Shown here: one piece after another, positions 63,434 to 64,000 of the stretch | Layout: each line of letters starts with the position of its first letter | Position numbering within the stretch: the first letter of the stretch is position 1 | From: a virus | Taxonomy: Duplodnaviria > Caudoviricetes | Length of the DNA stretch: 64,000 nucleotides | Virus record (IMG/VR): IMGVR_UViG_3300028886_000002 | Span: 32,001 to 96,000 of that record | Strand: one strand, 5' to 3' | Position numbers and translations under genes: made by a program | Notes under the pieces: generated by a model | Told to the model about the DNA's origin: nothing | Database searches by the model: none | What the model saw: the letters and a program-made list of their open reading frames with translations, nothing else

Positions 63434-63724
63434 TTATTTTTTATCTTTTAAATGTTCAACACTTGGCAAATGCATCCAATGGGTAACAGAAGTATCATTA
63501 ATCATCCATCCTTTTTCTTTGTGAGAATAAAGATTCTGCCAATAAGATTTTCCGTCTGTGACTAATACACATTCTCCTTGTGGTGGCAACTCATCCTCAA
63601 CGCTTATCCAGTGAGGGTGTTGGTCACACCACCTCAAAGCAAACGCAAGTGCCTGCATTATCGCAACACTACCCTTGCCCATTTCTTTGTACCATGCATC
63701 ATTTAATTCTTCTTGTCGTTTCAT
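63434..63724 (-). CDS. DUF551-family protein
   Basis: WISVEDELP...VLV...VTHWMHLP. Confidence 0.8.
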   Translation of the reverse strand: MKRQEELNDAWYKEMGKGSVAIMQALAFALRWCDQHPHWISVEDELPPQGECVLVTDGKSYWQNLYSHKEKGWMINDTSVTHWMHLPSVEHLKDKK

Positions 63725-63906
63725 AATTCAACAATTTCAATGTTTGTATCATCAATCCATTTAACTGCATCTTCTGCTTTCTTACGAGTAGAAAACAAAG
63801 CCTTGTGCTTTTGACTACTTGCCCAATAAGTTAACAAGTAGTTACCTGTATCCTTATTTCGTAGGGCATAAACATGTTTATATTCTGTTCCTCTCATAAT
63901 TCTCAA
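63721..63906 (-). CDS. Hypothetical protein
   Basis: 61-aa coupled ORF. Confidence 0.55.
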   Translation of the reverse strand: MRIMRGTEYKHVYALRNKDTGNYLLTYWASSQKHKALFSTRKKAEDAVKWIDDTNIEIVEL

Positions 63907-64000
63907 TCTTTATAAGGGTTATTACCTTCTGTTACTTTAATCGCAAGTCCTTTGTCAATAAGTCCTCGGTAGTCAAAATGATGAGCATTGAGCCAATCAA
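63903..64000 (-). CDS. 3' end of a hypothetical protein (start outside window)
   Basis: ...DWLNAHHFDYRGLIDKGLAIKVTEGNNPYKD*; TGA overlaps the next ATG. Confidence 0.65.
   Translation of the reverse strand, partial: DWLNAHHFDYRGLIDKGLAIKVTEGNNPYKD

Noticed and set aside
23751-63524. Plus-strand ORFs opposite the early module (e.g. 36419-36694, 47202-47492)
   Set aside because: Fully antisense to well-supported genes, with no motifs or expression signals.

Overview
AT-rich segment of a crAss-like (Crassvirales) phage, probably infecting a Bacteroidota host. 1-23182 (+) is the virion cargo module. The ORF track fragments it only because TAG is a sense codon here (almost certainly Gln, genetic code 15). 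Reading through TAG gives five large genes: a partial cargo protein, a 3310-aa virion RNA polymerase (GSDYDIDK), a 964-aa ART-like + SLOG + ASCH polyvalent protein, a HExxH zincin and a 1586-aa protein with a PD-(D/E)xK nuclease. A bidirectional terminator at about 23200 separates this from a convergent (-) module (23244-64000). That module carries PolA, primase, DnaB-like and SF2 helicases, ThyX, dUTPase, a class II RNR split by a group I intron with a LAGLIDADG endonuclease, Hsp20, ferritin, RNase H, OmpA, a T9SS-type secreted protein and many small genes. It almost entirely avoids TAG, with notable exceptions. (i) Two islands of TAG-recoded genes each lie directly behind an aberrant tRNA-like RNA, one lacking exactly the anticodon loop. 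(ii) Three ORFs carry a single TAG: the Holliday junction resolvase, a small ORF after thyX, and a leader ORF whose TAG sits in a helix that closes a structured RNA just before the TTG start of the replication genes. Together these suggest an amber-dependent translational timing system. No intact amber-suppressor tRNA is visible in this window. All assignments come from reading motifs by eye; no searches were run.
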